Source of the DNA: Macrostomum lignano
Lineage: Eukaryota
Direction: 5' to 3'
Assembly (NCBI GenBank): GCA_002269645.1
Contig: NIVC01000807.1
Location: forward strand, 124,001-188,000
DNA: 64,000 nucleotides
The notes under the pieces were generated by a model that was not told the DNA's origin, searched no databases, and worked only from the letters and a program-made list of their open reading frames with translations. A program made the translations under genes and the position numbers. Numbering within the stretch: position 1 is the stretch's first letter; each line of letters starts with the position of its first letter. Below are positions 13,398 through 25,110 of the stretch, piece by piece.

Positions 13398-13825
13398 GGG
13401 CAAATTGTCTGGCGGGCAAATTGTCTGGCGGGCAAATTGTCTGGCGGGCAAATTGTCTGGCGGGCAAATTGTCTGGCGGGCAAATTGTCTGGCGGGCAAA
13501 TTGTCTGGCGGGCAAATTGTCTGGCGGGCAAATTGTCTGGCGGGCAAATTGTCTGGCGGGCAAATTGTCTGGCGGGCAAATTGTCTGGCGGGCAAATTGT
13601 CTGGCGGGCAAATTGTCTGGCGGGCAAATTGTCTGGCGGGCAAATTGTCTGGCGGGCAAATTGTCTGGCGGGCAAATTGTCTGGCGGGCAAATTGTCTGG
13701 CGGGCAAATTTTCTGGCGGGCAAATTGTCTGGCGGGCAAATTGTCTGGCGGGCAAATTGTCTGGCGGGCAAATTGTCTGGCGGGCAAATTGTCTGGCGGG
13801 CAAATTGTCTGGCGGGCAAATTGTG
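13398..13825. repeat. 16-bp minisatellite (GGGCAAATTGTCTGGC) x~27
   Basis: Near-perfect tandem units, inside the CMC element's non-coding arm. Confidence 0.97.
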
Positions 13826-14257
13826 GCGGTCTCCGCTGTCGGTCTCCCGCGGCCGCGCCCCCCCCCCTTGGATAGTGGCGTAAATAAATACTCATTTCAA
13901 AGTTTTACATGTAAGTAGGCGGCATACCCTTGCACAAGGTTGCATAATTATTTGAAAGCCGTATGCTTGTATGGGGTGGACAGTTGACAGTCAAAATGCC
14001 TATATCTACATGTACCTCCATACAGTAATAATTTACCTATTAAACAACAGGTAAGGTCAAAGATAACATATGCGTATGCCAGCAAAGGTTTAAAATTTTC
14101 AATAATTAATTGTACGGTACAATGCGATAGCAAAACAAACTAATCTTAGATGCAGCTATTATCTAGAATCTCGATTTATCTTCCAGAATTTTAGAGAAAT
14201 ACAACTAGGACAGGGGAAATCCCGGAAAATCAATCAGGTTTGCCAAGCTGTATTAAA

Positions 14258-14371
14258 GGGGGACCAAGCGCGTTTTTGCCAAAATACAGAGCCACCCCTC
14301 CGCCCCCCTTGGGTCTTTACCCTTCAGAATCCGCCCCCCCCCCCACATAAGAAATTCTGCTTGCGCCACTG
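14258..14371. mobile_element. Truncated copy (one end) of the hAT-like MITE at 14709-14895
   Basis: Diverged inverted match to 14709-14825; ends in TTGCGCCACTG. Confidence 0.65.
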
Positions 14372-14708
14372 CTAACAGTTCAAGTAATTCTGGAGAGCAC
14401 AGAGTGCTGTCTAGAGAAGCTGTTCAGGCTTGGCACAACGCGCCCGCCAAAATTTTGTTAATGTCAACTTTTGCTCATTGTAATGATCGAAATTCCTTGC
14501 GAGGGATTGGCTAACTATTTTACTTTAAGTGCCAGATAGAGAATCTAGCTCAAGACTGCGGGCCAGAAGGAGGAGAGTGGAGGGGAGAGGGGAGAGATGT
14601 GAGATGTGAGAGGAGGGAAGAGAGGAGAGAGGCGAGATGAGAGAAAGAAGGGAGATAAAGGGAGAGAGGAGAGAGGCGAAAGGAGAGATGTCAGAGGAAG
14701 GGAGCAAG

Positions 14709-14895
14709 CAGTAGGGCAACCAGAAATTTTTTGAGGGGGGGGGCGGATTCTGGAAGGTAAAGTCCCGTGAGGGAGGGGGCGGAGGGGAGGCTCTGTTTTT
14801 GGCGAAAATTCGCTTGGTCCCCCCTTCAATTTTTTCTGGGTCTCCGCCTAAGGGGGGGGGACCGCCCCCCCCCGCCCCCCCTGGTTGCGCCACTG
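14709..14895. mobile_element. hAT-type MITE with 8-bp TSD
   Basis: TIRs CAGTAGGGCAACCAG / CTGGTTGCGCCACTG; GGAGCAAG duplicated at 14701-14708 and 14896-14903. Confidence 0.85.
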
Positions 14896-14984
14896 GGAGC
14901 AAGGAAAGAGGGGAAAGGAGGAGAGAGGGGAGATTTTGATGAGAAAAGGAGAAGAAATTAGCAAAAAAGCTGAGAAGAGATGCA

Positions 14985-15097
14985 AACCTTGAGCGGGCTG
15001 GATTGTTATTGGCATGGGAAGTTAGAAAGGACCCGAGGGCTGGATAGAGAGACTGCGGGCCGCATGTGGCCCGTGGGCTGGAGTTTGCTGACCCCTG
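14985..15097. mobile_element. hAT (Charlie/Tip100-like) terminus fragment
   Basis: GCGGGCCGCATGTGGCCCGTGGGCTGGAGTTTGCTGACCCCTG is typical of hAT subterminal GGCCCG motifs plus a CAGGGGTC TIR; the partner end was not found. Confidence 0.6.
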
Positions 15098-16820
15098 CAG
15101 CCTGCAGTAGGCTATGCATGACGGGCCCAGTTAACTGCATAATGGCAAATAAGAGACATGGGAGATTGGAGATAGGAGACTGTCTCCCCTGTCTCCCCTT
15201 CATTTATCTCCCCGATTACGAGTAGGGCACAGTCACTCAGTCACATTTTGATAAGGAGGGATACATAGACATAGATATTTTCTCAGTTTTCATATTCAGA
15301 GGCGGTCAGAGCTCAAATGGGACAGGTCATGAATAAATAACAATCTAACCCCCGCCTTGTCATTTTTCCGGATGAATAAATCCACTGAATCATAAAGGTT
15401 TCAAAGTGCCTTTGCGTTCTCATGACAGTTTTTGCCACTCAATATTCTAGTCTTACTGAATCCCCGAGTTAACAGAAAATTATAGCTCGGCGCACGTCCG
15501 CCAGCTTGAATATTCTCGCTATATTGTTCTCTATTTGCGATCGTCTTTTACAACCCGACATCAATAAAACCCGTGTGGGCTTTATCTCTCATTAACAGAA
15601 ATCTCTCATCAATTATAGCCTGTATAAAGCTTACTCATTTTGAGTTGCTCTTAGAAAAATGTTTTGAATTTCCTGGCCAGTGGCAATAACCCGTAATGAC
15701 AGGGCAATGCAAGGAATTATTTTAACCTAGAGGTGACAGCTAATTTTGGCCAATTCATTTCAGTTGGGTGGGGGGGTTAGAAGAAAGGCTAGAGAAGTGA
15801 TATGGGAATTTCTACGTTGTACCGTTCTTGCCTGCTTAAGCGAACCTATGCGAAACAAACAAACTGTCCTGACTCCTTATCAGTGCAGGTCATCAAGTTT
15901 TTTCTATTCCCATATTGCACCAAAGATAAAGGAAGAACAAAGACGAATTTCGTGCGAGGCTTGACAAGGTCTGAACTATATATATATTAGCTGTACCTAT
16001 ATATATTAGCTGTACCTAATTCTATTATAATATATATATATATTTTATAAGTTACAACCTAGCATAAACACATAAATACTTTGATACGGAAAGTATTGAT
16101 TCGATCTGACCTAAAATAGGTGCCAGCAAAAGAAAGAAAATATTCATAGCATTTTATATGTGCTTAAAAGTAAAACCAGATGGTAACAGATGGAAATTAC
16201 AGTTGTGCAGCTAGTTGATTATTATCAATGGGATAAGTAAAATATTACAAAAATTCTGTTGGCTTGAATTGGAGGTAGGAATACTGTATACAATACCATT
16301 AGTATTTCATACTCGTATACTGGGGTTTAAGAAAATAAATCCCCCATTTCAGCCACATACAGCGGCATCACCTCCCACTAAGTTTCCGGCCCCTCCACCC
16401 CTCCTACACAGTTTTGAGCTAAATTACCCCTCCGGCCTCTATAACACCGAATTTTAAGCTGTACCTAATTCTAGGGTTCAAGAATGTAAACAATAAAGAT
16501 AGAATCAATATAATCAGTCTCTAAAATAACTCCAGTTCATGAATGACCGATCGCCAGGCTTGTAGTAAACTCGTGAAACTGCGGATCCTAAAAGTAAAGA
16601 TAAAATGGCAGTTGCGATCGAGTATGCATCGTAATATACTAATATTTAACTCACAATCTACAATCATGTCTGCGTGTTGAAGCTGAGAACATATACAGGA
16701 AGAAATTGCAGAATTGCAGAATACAGGGAATACGAGAATCGAGATAGAAGGAAATCGGATTGATATAAAAAACCAGAGAAAGATATTTTTAGTACTCACT
16801 TGCGACTCACGCGTCCTACA

Positions 16821-18848
16821 TCAGGCCTCCTCGGAGTCACCTGTCAGAGGAATGACAAAAAAATGGCTTGCTGGATCCCTGTCCGCTCCAGCAAGATTGG
16901 CAAGCAGATTCGCAGGCAAAATCCAGCACTTTCGCTCAGGTGTGCCAGTTAGAACACCAGATGTCATCCTGTACAAGCCGATTCCCAGACGCAAAGATGG
17001 ATATGGGTTGGCGTAGATGTTGTCAACTGGGTGTAAAATCCTGCCAGTGACTTGATTAGCTTCACTTACAGCTTCGATTAGGACGCATACTTTGTCGATT
17101 ATGCAACAATTATCACCTCGCTTTGTGCTGAATTTCAACGGTGGAATTCGCTGCTCATTCAACAGAAGATCGCGAACTCTGAGCACCTGCTTAACTGAAT
17201 GCGCTGCCATGTGCCTTGTCACCTTTACGCGGCGCTTTACAGATCCAAGAAAGTTTTCGAAAGGGAAAGTCGAAAAGTTGTTTAAACTGCCTAGCTTTCG
17301 GACAAACTCATCCAAATGAAGAATAGTGTGAAGATTGAAACTTATAAACTTCTGGCCGTAAAGGTGGGCAGCCCGTTCAACAAAAACTTCAATGCAAGTT
17401 TTTGCCTGCGTCCACCACTTGGAGTACCTTTCGTTGGAGTATGCGTAAATGGCGAAATGGAGGTAAAGAAAGTGGTTATACCTTTCTTCATTTAAAATGC
17501 CTTTGAAGAGGACAGGTCCTAGGTACAGCAAGTACTGTCTGAATTCAGTAGCCTTCATGTGCTTCAGTTCCAAGTCGATTTTCCGGGGTCTTCGTTGAAA
17601 GTTTGAAGGTGTCCAACCGGCAGCCATAGTAATTCGGTCGCCCAATAGGCTCATCGGACCGGGATAGACGAGACACTTCTTGCCATTAGATTTGTCGAAA
17701 AATAGGTAAAATAGCTTCCTTGTGACTCCAAGGCATACGGCATGCTGGTAGTCAGGGGGAAAAGCATCGACAAAACTAATGTTAGGCAAATTTAGAAGGG
17801 GCGATAGAGCGATTTTTTTATTTTCCTGGTTAGACTCCTTTCCCTCTCGGTATTGTTGGCTGCTACGAGACTCCCCGACGCTCGTTGAAAATGTTACTCT
17901 GTTGTCGGTATAAGGTCCAGTAGCCCTGCAGTACATGCAACCGACGTACGACATGTGCCCTTGAGTTACTGAGACCCAGGCTCGAGCAGGCGCATCGCAA
18001 ACAAATCGGATAGTCGAGAAGCTGATGCTTAAATTTTCGATAATTTTTATTGGACCCGTAAGAAAACGTTTAGCCTCGTCGCAAAATTGTCGAAGATAAT
18101 CATTCAGAGGTGGCTTGCCACAACCAGCCCATACGGCTACTGGAAAAGGTCTGCTGAATATGCTGGGAATAGACATAAGTATGGGCCAAAGACCGAAGTG
18201 GCTTGCTCGGTACAAAGGCAAGCCGTCAAAATTAACGATGGCTTCAATTTTGTAAACCTTCTCAGTTTCACTATCGTGTTGTAGATATTCTGGCTTCATG
18301 TGCAGCTGGTTTTTGCGAAACATTAGTTCTAGATTTTTCAGAATCGAAATGTAGCGAAAATGGCCTTTTCCCATGGGCTCCAATTTTTCCGTTGGATCGC
18401 CAGCATTGATGACGGCCTCAATAGAGTTGACAGACTTCGGCGCAGGCAAGCCTATGTCTCTTAGACCATCAACAAGGAATTTTTTAGATCCACGACTTAG
18501 GTTGAAACAAGAAAAGTAGACTACCAGCAAGGCGAATATTTTATCTTCTAAAGAGCGGTCATCCTCTTTCTTGTCAATCTCCTCATCTTCATCGCTGCAA
18601 ACTCGCGCGAACTCGTCAAAATCAGGATAGCTGCCATTGTCGTTGTCAAGATCTGGATCCGTACCTTCATTGACTTCTGCTACAGAGGACTCCGAAGCGA
18701 TGAAACCGGCGACTCTCCCAGAATCATCTGCTTCGAATACTTTTCTTTTTTTCTCTTGCAGTGCGATGTCTTCCAAAGCTTCTTGTTCTCCTTCCATGAA
18801 CAAGCCCAGCAAATCCTTATTTGCTTGTCGCCTCAATTGCCTTGTCAT
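16821..18848 (-). CDS. CMC/EnSpm-type DDE transposase (675 aa, uninterrupted)
   Basis: Motifs NFDGLP, WPIL, FVCDAPARA, GHxxYxGCxYC, DYQHAVCLGV, FQRRPR, KATEFRQYLLY and FPFENFLG, characteristic of animal EnSpm-like transposases. Confidence 0.9.
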   Translation of the reverse strand: MTRQLRRQANKDLLGLFMEGEQEALEDIALQEKKRKVFEADDSGRVAGFIASESSVAEVNEGTDPDLDNDNGSYPDFDEFARVCSDEDEEIDKKEDDRSLEDKIFALLVVYFSCFNLSRGSKKFLVDGLRDIGLPAPKSVNSIEAVINAGDPTEKLEPMGKGHFRYISILKNLELMFRKNQLHMKPEYLQHDSETEKVYKIEAIVNFDGLPLYRASHFGLWPILMSIPSIFSRPFPVAVWAGCGKPPLNDYLRQFCDEAKRFLTGPIKIIENLSISFSTIRFVCDAPARAWVSVTQGHMSYVGCMYCRATGPYTDNRVTFSTSVGESRSSQQYREGKESNQENKKIALSPLLNLPNISFVDAFPPDYQHAVCLGVTRKLFYLFFDKSNGKKCLVYPGPMSLLGDRITMAAGWTPSNFQRRPRKIDLELKHMKATEFRQYLLYLGPVLFKGILNEERYNHFLYLHFAIYAYSNERYSKWWTQAKTCIEVFVERAAHLYGQKFISFNLHTILHLDEFVRKLGSLNNFSTFPFENFLGSVKRRVKVTRHMAAHSVKQVLRVRDLLLNEQRIPPLKFSTKRGDNCCIIDKVCVLIEAVSEANQVTGRILHPVDNIYANPYPSLRLGIGLYRMTSGVLTGTPERKCWILPANLLANLAGADRDPASHFFVIPLTGDSEEA

Positions 18849-19212
18849 TGTTTTCGTCCGAATCAGACTTTGATGATAGTTGACTGTTGTAATAATAATA
18901 AAGTAATTACTACGATTGCTTATTTCGTATTAAAGAAAGGATATGAACAAAAGCTGGGAAGAATTGAAAACTATTCCTTTGGGGGTTTGTGCGCGCTGAT
19001 TGGACAGGTATGGATGCGGGGACGGTAGGGCCAATGAAATTGGAAAAGCCAGGGCGGCCTTTTTCATTCGAAGAACTATAGAAGACAATTGCTTCTAGAA
19101 GCAACCTAAACCACTGAATCATTAAATAAGCATAAACTATAGTGTGAGCTCCAAACTCTTGCTTTATTTGGTACTCAGTTTTGCACTAGCATAGTCTAGT
19201 CTGCATGCTACA
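18849..19212. promoter_or_regulatory. Putative bidirectional promoter between transposase and ORF2
   Basis: 364-bp gap between divergent start codons, with CCAAT/ATTGG boxes near 18999, 19031 and 19039. Confidence 0.35.
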
Positions 19213-22200
19213 ATGAAGTTTTTAGTGATCTTTAAAGACGACCGTCAAATTGTTGAGGTCTCGGAAAGCGAAGTGAAGCTTCCTGAAGGCTTTCAAAACC
19301 TTAAGGAAGAGGAATGGTTAGAAAAGAGGGACTCCACTGAGAAGTGGAAGTGTGAAGCCTTGTATGAAGGCTGTTTTTACTCTGCTCTAATTATTCAGGT
19401 AAGCAACCGATCCCAACGATTGAAATGTTAAAATTCTTGAATCGATCTAATATTTGTACGCTCATATTTTCTCATTAATTTAAAGGTAATACTAAGCAAC
19501 AACCTAGAGCCTGGGAGCTTCCGCTTTGTGCGTGAATTGGTGGCCAAAAAGACCCGACTGAACCGAATTCTCGAGTTGGTTCAACCCAGAGTCTTTCAGG
19601 AGCGTGACATGAAGAAAGCACGAAGGCATTACCAGACTAAGGTAAAATTAAGCACAGCCCATATAATTTTTATCGAGAACTTTGTTTTCTCCGTTTTACC
19701 TTTTAAACTATTTTTTAAGAAAAGGGAAGAAATTAAATGTGAAAATAATCTTTAAAACTGACATTAACTTGATAATTTCTCATGCCGTAACCATCCCAAA
19801 CAGAATCTGTCAGACGGCTCAGCCACCGATTCCGAGGCAATCTTCGAAGATAAGAGCAGCCGCTGTTTGCAACCTCCAGCTTTGCTGCCTAAACAACATC
19901 CGCCTACGATTGCACAGTTAGCGCCAATGCCTCCTATTAGTGATGATGAAGCAGAAGCTGGCGTAGACGCCGATATGGAAGCTGAGGCGGAAGCTGAGGC
20001 GGAAGCTGAAGTGGAAGCTGAGGCGGAAGCTGAAGTGGAAGCTGAGGCGGAAGCTGAAGCGGAAGATGAGGTGGAAGCTGAGATCGGAGCTGAGGTGGAA
20101 GCTGAGATGGGAGCTGAGGCGGAAGCTGAGGCGGAAGCTGAGGTGGAAGCTGAGATGGGAGCTGAGGTGGAAGCTGAGGCGGAAGCTGAAATAGAAGCTG
20201 AGTTCGTAGCAGATGATCGATCGACGATTCCTAAGTCGCCTCCCACCATTTCATCTTTTAATTTTGGTTCTGGCTTTCTTAGAAAACTAGAAGAGCAGAT
20301 CCAAGCCGGTGTTAGCTTTGAGCTGGAAAGTCCAAGAGGCATCAAGTTTCTGTCCTTATATGCCCTACGCGAACTTACTATGCGCAAGAATGAATTGAAA
20401 GCATTAGAAAATAGTTTGACCAAACAAATCACCGCAATGCGCACTGAAGTGCAGAGCGTGCTACGCTTTTTGGAACCTGTTGGCGCTGACATTCCAACTG
20501 ATAATTCTGAGCCTTCATTCTGGCCGATCAACTCCTGGGAAAAATATGTGCAATTCGCTTCCAGTCCAAATGAACATATTTCTACTTTGGTAAGTTCATG
20601 ACAGAGTTTTTTATTTTCTTTTCATTAGAAGAAATGTCTAACTACTACTCAAAGCGCACTAGTACTATCACTGAAATAATAATCTATAAGTATTCTCACC
20701 TGTAAAAATCTAAACAGAAGAGCCTGCTACGTTCATGCAAGCGAGACAAGTGGTCCGATGCTTTAATGGCAATGCTTAACGAGAGCTTGTCGAAAGAGAT
20801 GCAGGCGGTTATTAATTTAATCGGGTCAGACATGCGAAGCCGAGCTGTTGCTGCTGGAGTTGCGACCAACCTTACTGATGCGCAGCTTGGATTTCAGAGC
20901 ACTCTGCTCAGCCATTTCCAAAGTAAGTCTACTTAATCAACGTTCAATGAGACTTTTAGAGCTAAATATCAAGAAATTAGTCGAGCACAGTGCATGCTAT
21001 TCATAGTAACTTTCAACTTTTTTCCTAACAGAAGCAATCACATTCATCTATGGCGCGACCGCTGAAGCCGGCAGGCCCTCTGAACAATCTGTAAGAAATA
21101 CTTGCAGACAGCAGCTAAAGCATGGCGGTGACCGATTAAAGGGGCGGTCGCATCGCACAGGAAGCCAGCTGCTTTCCGGAGTCCAGACTCAAAGCCCCGC
21201 TTCTGACAGCGCCGTACAAAGACAGTCTCTGGTGACAGCGACTCCAAGCCCCGCTTCTGGCAGCGCCGTACAAAGACAGTCTCTGGTGGCAGCGACTCAA
21301 AGTCCCGCTTCTGGCAGCGCCGTACAAAGACAGTCTCTGGTGGCAGCGACTCCAAGCCCCGCTTCTGGCAGCGCCGTACAAAGACAGTCTCTGGTGGCAG
21401 CGACTCCAAGCCCCGCTTCTGGCAGCGCCGTACAAAGACAGTCTCTGGTGGCAGCGACTCCAAGCCCCGCTTCTGGCAGCGCCGTACAAAGACAGTCTCT
21501 GGTGGCAGCGACTCAAAGTCCCGCTTCTGGCAGCGCCGTACAAAGACAGTCTCTGGTGGCAGCGACTCCAAGCCCCGCTTCTGGCAGCGCCGTACAAAGA
21601 CAGTCTCTGGTGGCAGCGACTCCAAGCCCCGCTTCTGGCAGCGCCGTACAAAGACAGTCTCTGGTGGCAGCGACTCCAAGCCCCGCTTCTGGCAGCGCCG
21701 TGCAAAGACGGTCTTTGGTGGCAGCGACTCAAAGTCCCGCTTCTGGCAGCGCTGTGCAAAGACGATCTCTGGTGGCAGCGACTCAAAGTCCCGCTTCTGG
21801 CAGCGCCGTGCAAAGACGGTCTTTGGTGGCAGCGACTCAAAGTCCCGCTTCTGGCAGCGCCGTGCAAAGACACAGCCATTCATCTTCTTTTTCCCTAGTG
21901 AGTAAAAACGTATCTAAACTGAATAATGAACGATGAATACTATGATTGCTAAGCATTAAATACTACTATCAGTAAGATAAAATGTGCATGCAGTAATTTT
22001 TTGTTTTCTTTCCAATGTCACAGACACCATCGCGACTATCAGCGGGAGAAGTGCCGCCAGCGGCGACAGCAAAGCCGAGCTCCCAATCCAGAAAGCGAGC
22101 GAGTATTCAGTTGGATTCTCAGCCTCGAAAGCGGAACAACCATCGCCCCCGTTCAGCAAAGTCAAAAACCAACTACCGCACTGACTGCTCTCTCGAATCT

Positions 22201-22281
22201 GATGACGAAACCGAATCAAGTGGATCAAACTGGTCCGAAGATCAGCGAGAGCTGGATGATGGACAATTTAAAATCTTCTAA
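19213..22281 (+). CDS. Transposon ORF2: 6-exon, ~818-aa protein with DUF4806/BEN-like domain, EA-rich tract and 18-aa repeats
   Basis: Exons 19213-19398, 19486-19641, 19804-20589, 20718-20922, 21032-21897, 22024-22281; all GT-AG, phases 0,0,0,1,0, total 2457 nt. [23 protein letters not shown] resembles the DUF4806/BEN C-terminal motif (inferred). Confidence 0.75.
21187..21870 (+). repeat. 54-bp coding minisatellite x~13 ([18 protein letters not shown])
   Basis: Tandem units in frame within ORF2 exon 5. Confidence 0.95.
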
Positions 22282-23559
22282 TTATGAGAGCACGTATTTT
22301 ACGAGTAAATGCTGTCAAAATGATTTTAAAACTGACATTCTTTCAACACCTTTGTTGCCAAAAACTTAACTATTTTTCGTTCTAATATTGTGTTTTAATA
22401 TCAGTTCCATTTAACTTCGCTAAATAAATTCAAATTTCATTACATTTAAGTTTCTTATTCGATTTCATTCATAGACTCAAACTAATTTTCTAAAGAACTG
22501 CAAAAAAATTTACAAAAGGCAAACTTCGTAAGCAGGTAGCAGCAAGGTTGTTTAAATTTATAATGGAAGAGACAATTGCTTAAAAAAATCAGATAGCTCT
22601 GAAAATTATTTGGAAATAAATTCAATTTTGAAACAACCAGAAAGCTAGGCTGCTGCCAGAGCAAAATATATCAATAAAAGCCCTGCATACTACTGTTAGT
22701 AGAGTAAACCAATTCTTGCCTTAATTTATTGGGCAGTCCACCGGGCGCCGGGTATAAGGCCGGCGCCCCGACTGGACAAAGAGTGCGCCCCGCTACCGGC
22801 CACAGGCCACCGGGCGCCGCGGTCTGCGCACCCTTGGGCGTACCAGAATTTCCCACTGGGATAGTCATTTAAAACCTAGAGTACAATTTTTTGAACAAAA
22901 AAGGAAAAGAAATTATGTAACTTTTAGACTAGGAAACTAATTTTATTTGCCATTAGATATTTTGCAAAAAAGGCCTAGCAAAATTTAGAAATTTCAAAAT
23001 TGCAATTCATTTGCAAATAGATATTTGCCATGATCTATGGGTATAGCCTATTGGCTATAGGAATAGCATCCTACTATATACTAATATAGATTCAATATTT
23101 TTACTTACTATGTCTAGGCCTATATTATTAAGACTATATTACATATTAGGCTATTTATAGCATAGGAAATTGGCAAAAACTAAAAAGAAATTCTGAGTTG
23201 TTTTTTATTAACATTACTCATTAGGTACTCATTAGGGCCTATTGCTTCATAATGTTTGAGCCAAGGCAAACAAAGCGATAATATTAAAAGATATTAGGAT
23301 ACTGTAGTACTCAGAGAATATACTCAGCGGTTTTATGTACAGTAACATCACTAAATTGAACAATCAATTAATCCATGAATGTCGCAAGTAGTATAAAAAT
23401 CAAGTTATTTCTATGAAACGAGACGAACGCTAATTTTGTATTTTGTCAATGATTAAATGTTAAAATCGTTATACGATACGTACTTGTACGAGCGATAGTA
23501 TATAAGTTCATTTTTAGTATATAAGGATTTTAGGAAACAACACAAAACACGCCATCAGC

Positions 23560-24430
23560 ATTTCGAAGGCAGCGTCACTACTGGACGCCCTCTGGGCCAG
23601 GTCGTGAACGAAGGCCTCGCTGCCGACCGAATCCGGGGCGTCAGCGTCAGCCAGCAGGCAGCCGACGATCACGTCGTGTCCCCAACGGTAGGGATGTCTG
23701 CAGCGGCTGTAGGGAGTACGATTCGGAGCGGATGATGTGGCCTGCCAGCTGGGTGTCTCAGACGGCGAAAAGATTGCTTGGACGGCCACCAGCTAGGACG
23801 CCGGCAATACAACTGCCGCGTTGGGGTGACTCCTCGCTCATCACTAATCCAAGGACCTATGTTAGTGGTCCTTGCACTGATCTTGAAGGCAGCGCGCAGC
23901 AGGCCAGCGTACCCCGCGTCTATACTTATTGCTTGAGCGAGTCCGTCAGTATCCAGGTAGTGTCAGCGTTCTACGTACAGCAGACCCTCTGGCGGTCAGG
24001 TAGGGCTCTCGCAGGCGCCAGGAACCAGACAGCCAAGGTAGATGAACTTCTGAAAACGTGCGGAAGATCCGTCGCCTGCCAATCTACGCCTCGGCACAAA
24101 ATTGCAGCTTCGATGTCGTACGTCCGATTCGTACAGCACGACGGTTGTTTGCGTGTTTACTACCATGCAGGCCGATACGCGCCGCAACGCTCACCAGCCG
24201 GTCCAGTTTTTGCTGGGCGTCGTCGGCAGTTGAGGACATCAGGGCGAGCTAAATCATCGGCGTAGACAAGCACGCTGACCTACTGCCTCTCCAGTTGTCG
24301 TCGACCCACGCATCGCCGCAACAGAAAGCCAGGTAAGAGGAGCAATCTGCAGCACCCAGTCGACGAGCAGGAACGACGAGAGCGTTTCTCCCTGAAGCAC
24401 CCCAGATGATGTCTCAAAAAAGTCCAATCT
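23560..24430 (-). mobile_element. Decayed RTE-like non-LTR reverse transcriptase fragment
   Basis: Minus-strand peptides FETSSGVLQGETL, VLVYADDLA, AQQKLDRL, FIYLGC, with frameshifts. Confidence 0.75.
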
Positions 24431-24839
24431 ATAGGTCGTCCGCCCTCCGGTGTTGTATACTGTACTGTATGTACTATTCAGTAATTCAATTTCAATGAAT
24501 TTCCAAGGACCACTATATACGAGCGTATAGCTATAGCTATACAGCTATATATATATACAGCGGTTCTTGTGAATTTCTAGAATGATATACTGTATTCGTT
24601 GCACAGTTTCGACACAGTCTCATAGTTGCAGATCATCCGGTCTTTTGCATGCGTAAATTGCACAGTCTCGTCTAGTCTGTAAAAAAGAAAAAAGTAAAAA
24701 ATTCCACTTGTACTACTGTTAGTAACCCTCGATAGGATTGGCAGCAACATTCTCAGGCAGGTCTCGGTAAAAAATTTAGGCATGGAATTTCATTAGATAT
24801 AATACTTGATGGACAGGTGATAGTAATATTGCAACGGAG

Positions 24840-25110
24840 TCCCTGCATGTACCTGACCGCCAGGTAGCGACGTTGTTCCAGACGTGGTAGTCGAAGCCGT
24901 CCTGCTTTACAACACCGAGAGCCGCTCGAACAGCAAGTTGTTGGCGTGCACGCTAGCCTGCTGCACCGTCAGACCCGTCCACGCGACCTGTATCGCAGTC
25001 GTGGACTCCATCTGGCAATCAATTTTGCTGCTCACAGATGGCGCAAGCCGGGGGAGGGGGGGCTGGGTTGACGCAGCGAGCCACCTGACCGGCGAGCACA
25101 AGCGTAACTC
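24840..25110 (+). mobile_element. Short RTE-like 3' fragment
   Basis: VVEAVLLYNTES resembles the RTE ESVLLYGSETW region. Confidence 0.5.

Larger units (their letters stand above)
12582..22860 (-). mobile_element. CMC/EnSpm (CACTA-like) DNA transposon, apparently full length (~10.3 kb)
   Basis: Termini CCCAGTGG at 12582 and CCACTGGG ending at 22860; 2-bp AT duplication (12580-81, 22861-62); subterminal GGGCGTACC and GGCGCCCC motifs at both ends; internal transposase and ORF2. Confidence 0.85.

Noticed and set aside
13268-13918. Five overlapping repetitive ORFs
   Set aside because: 16-bp tandem repeat with no stop codons.
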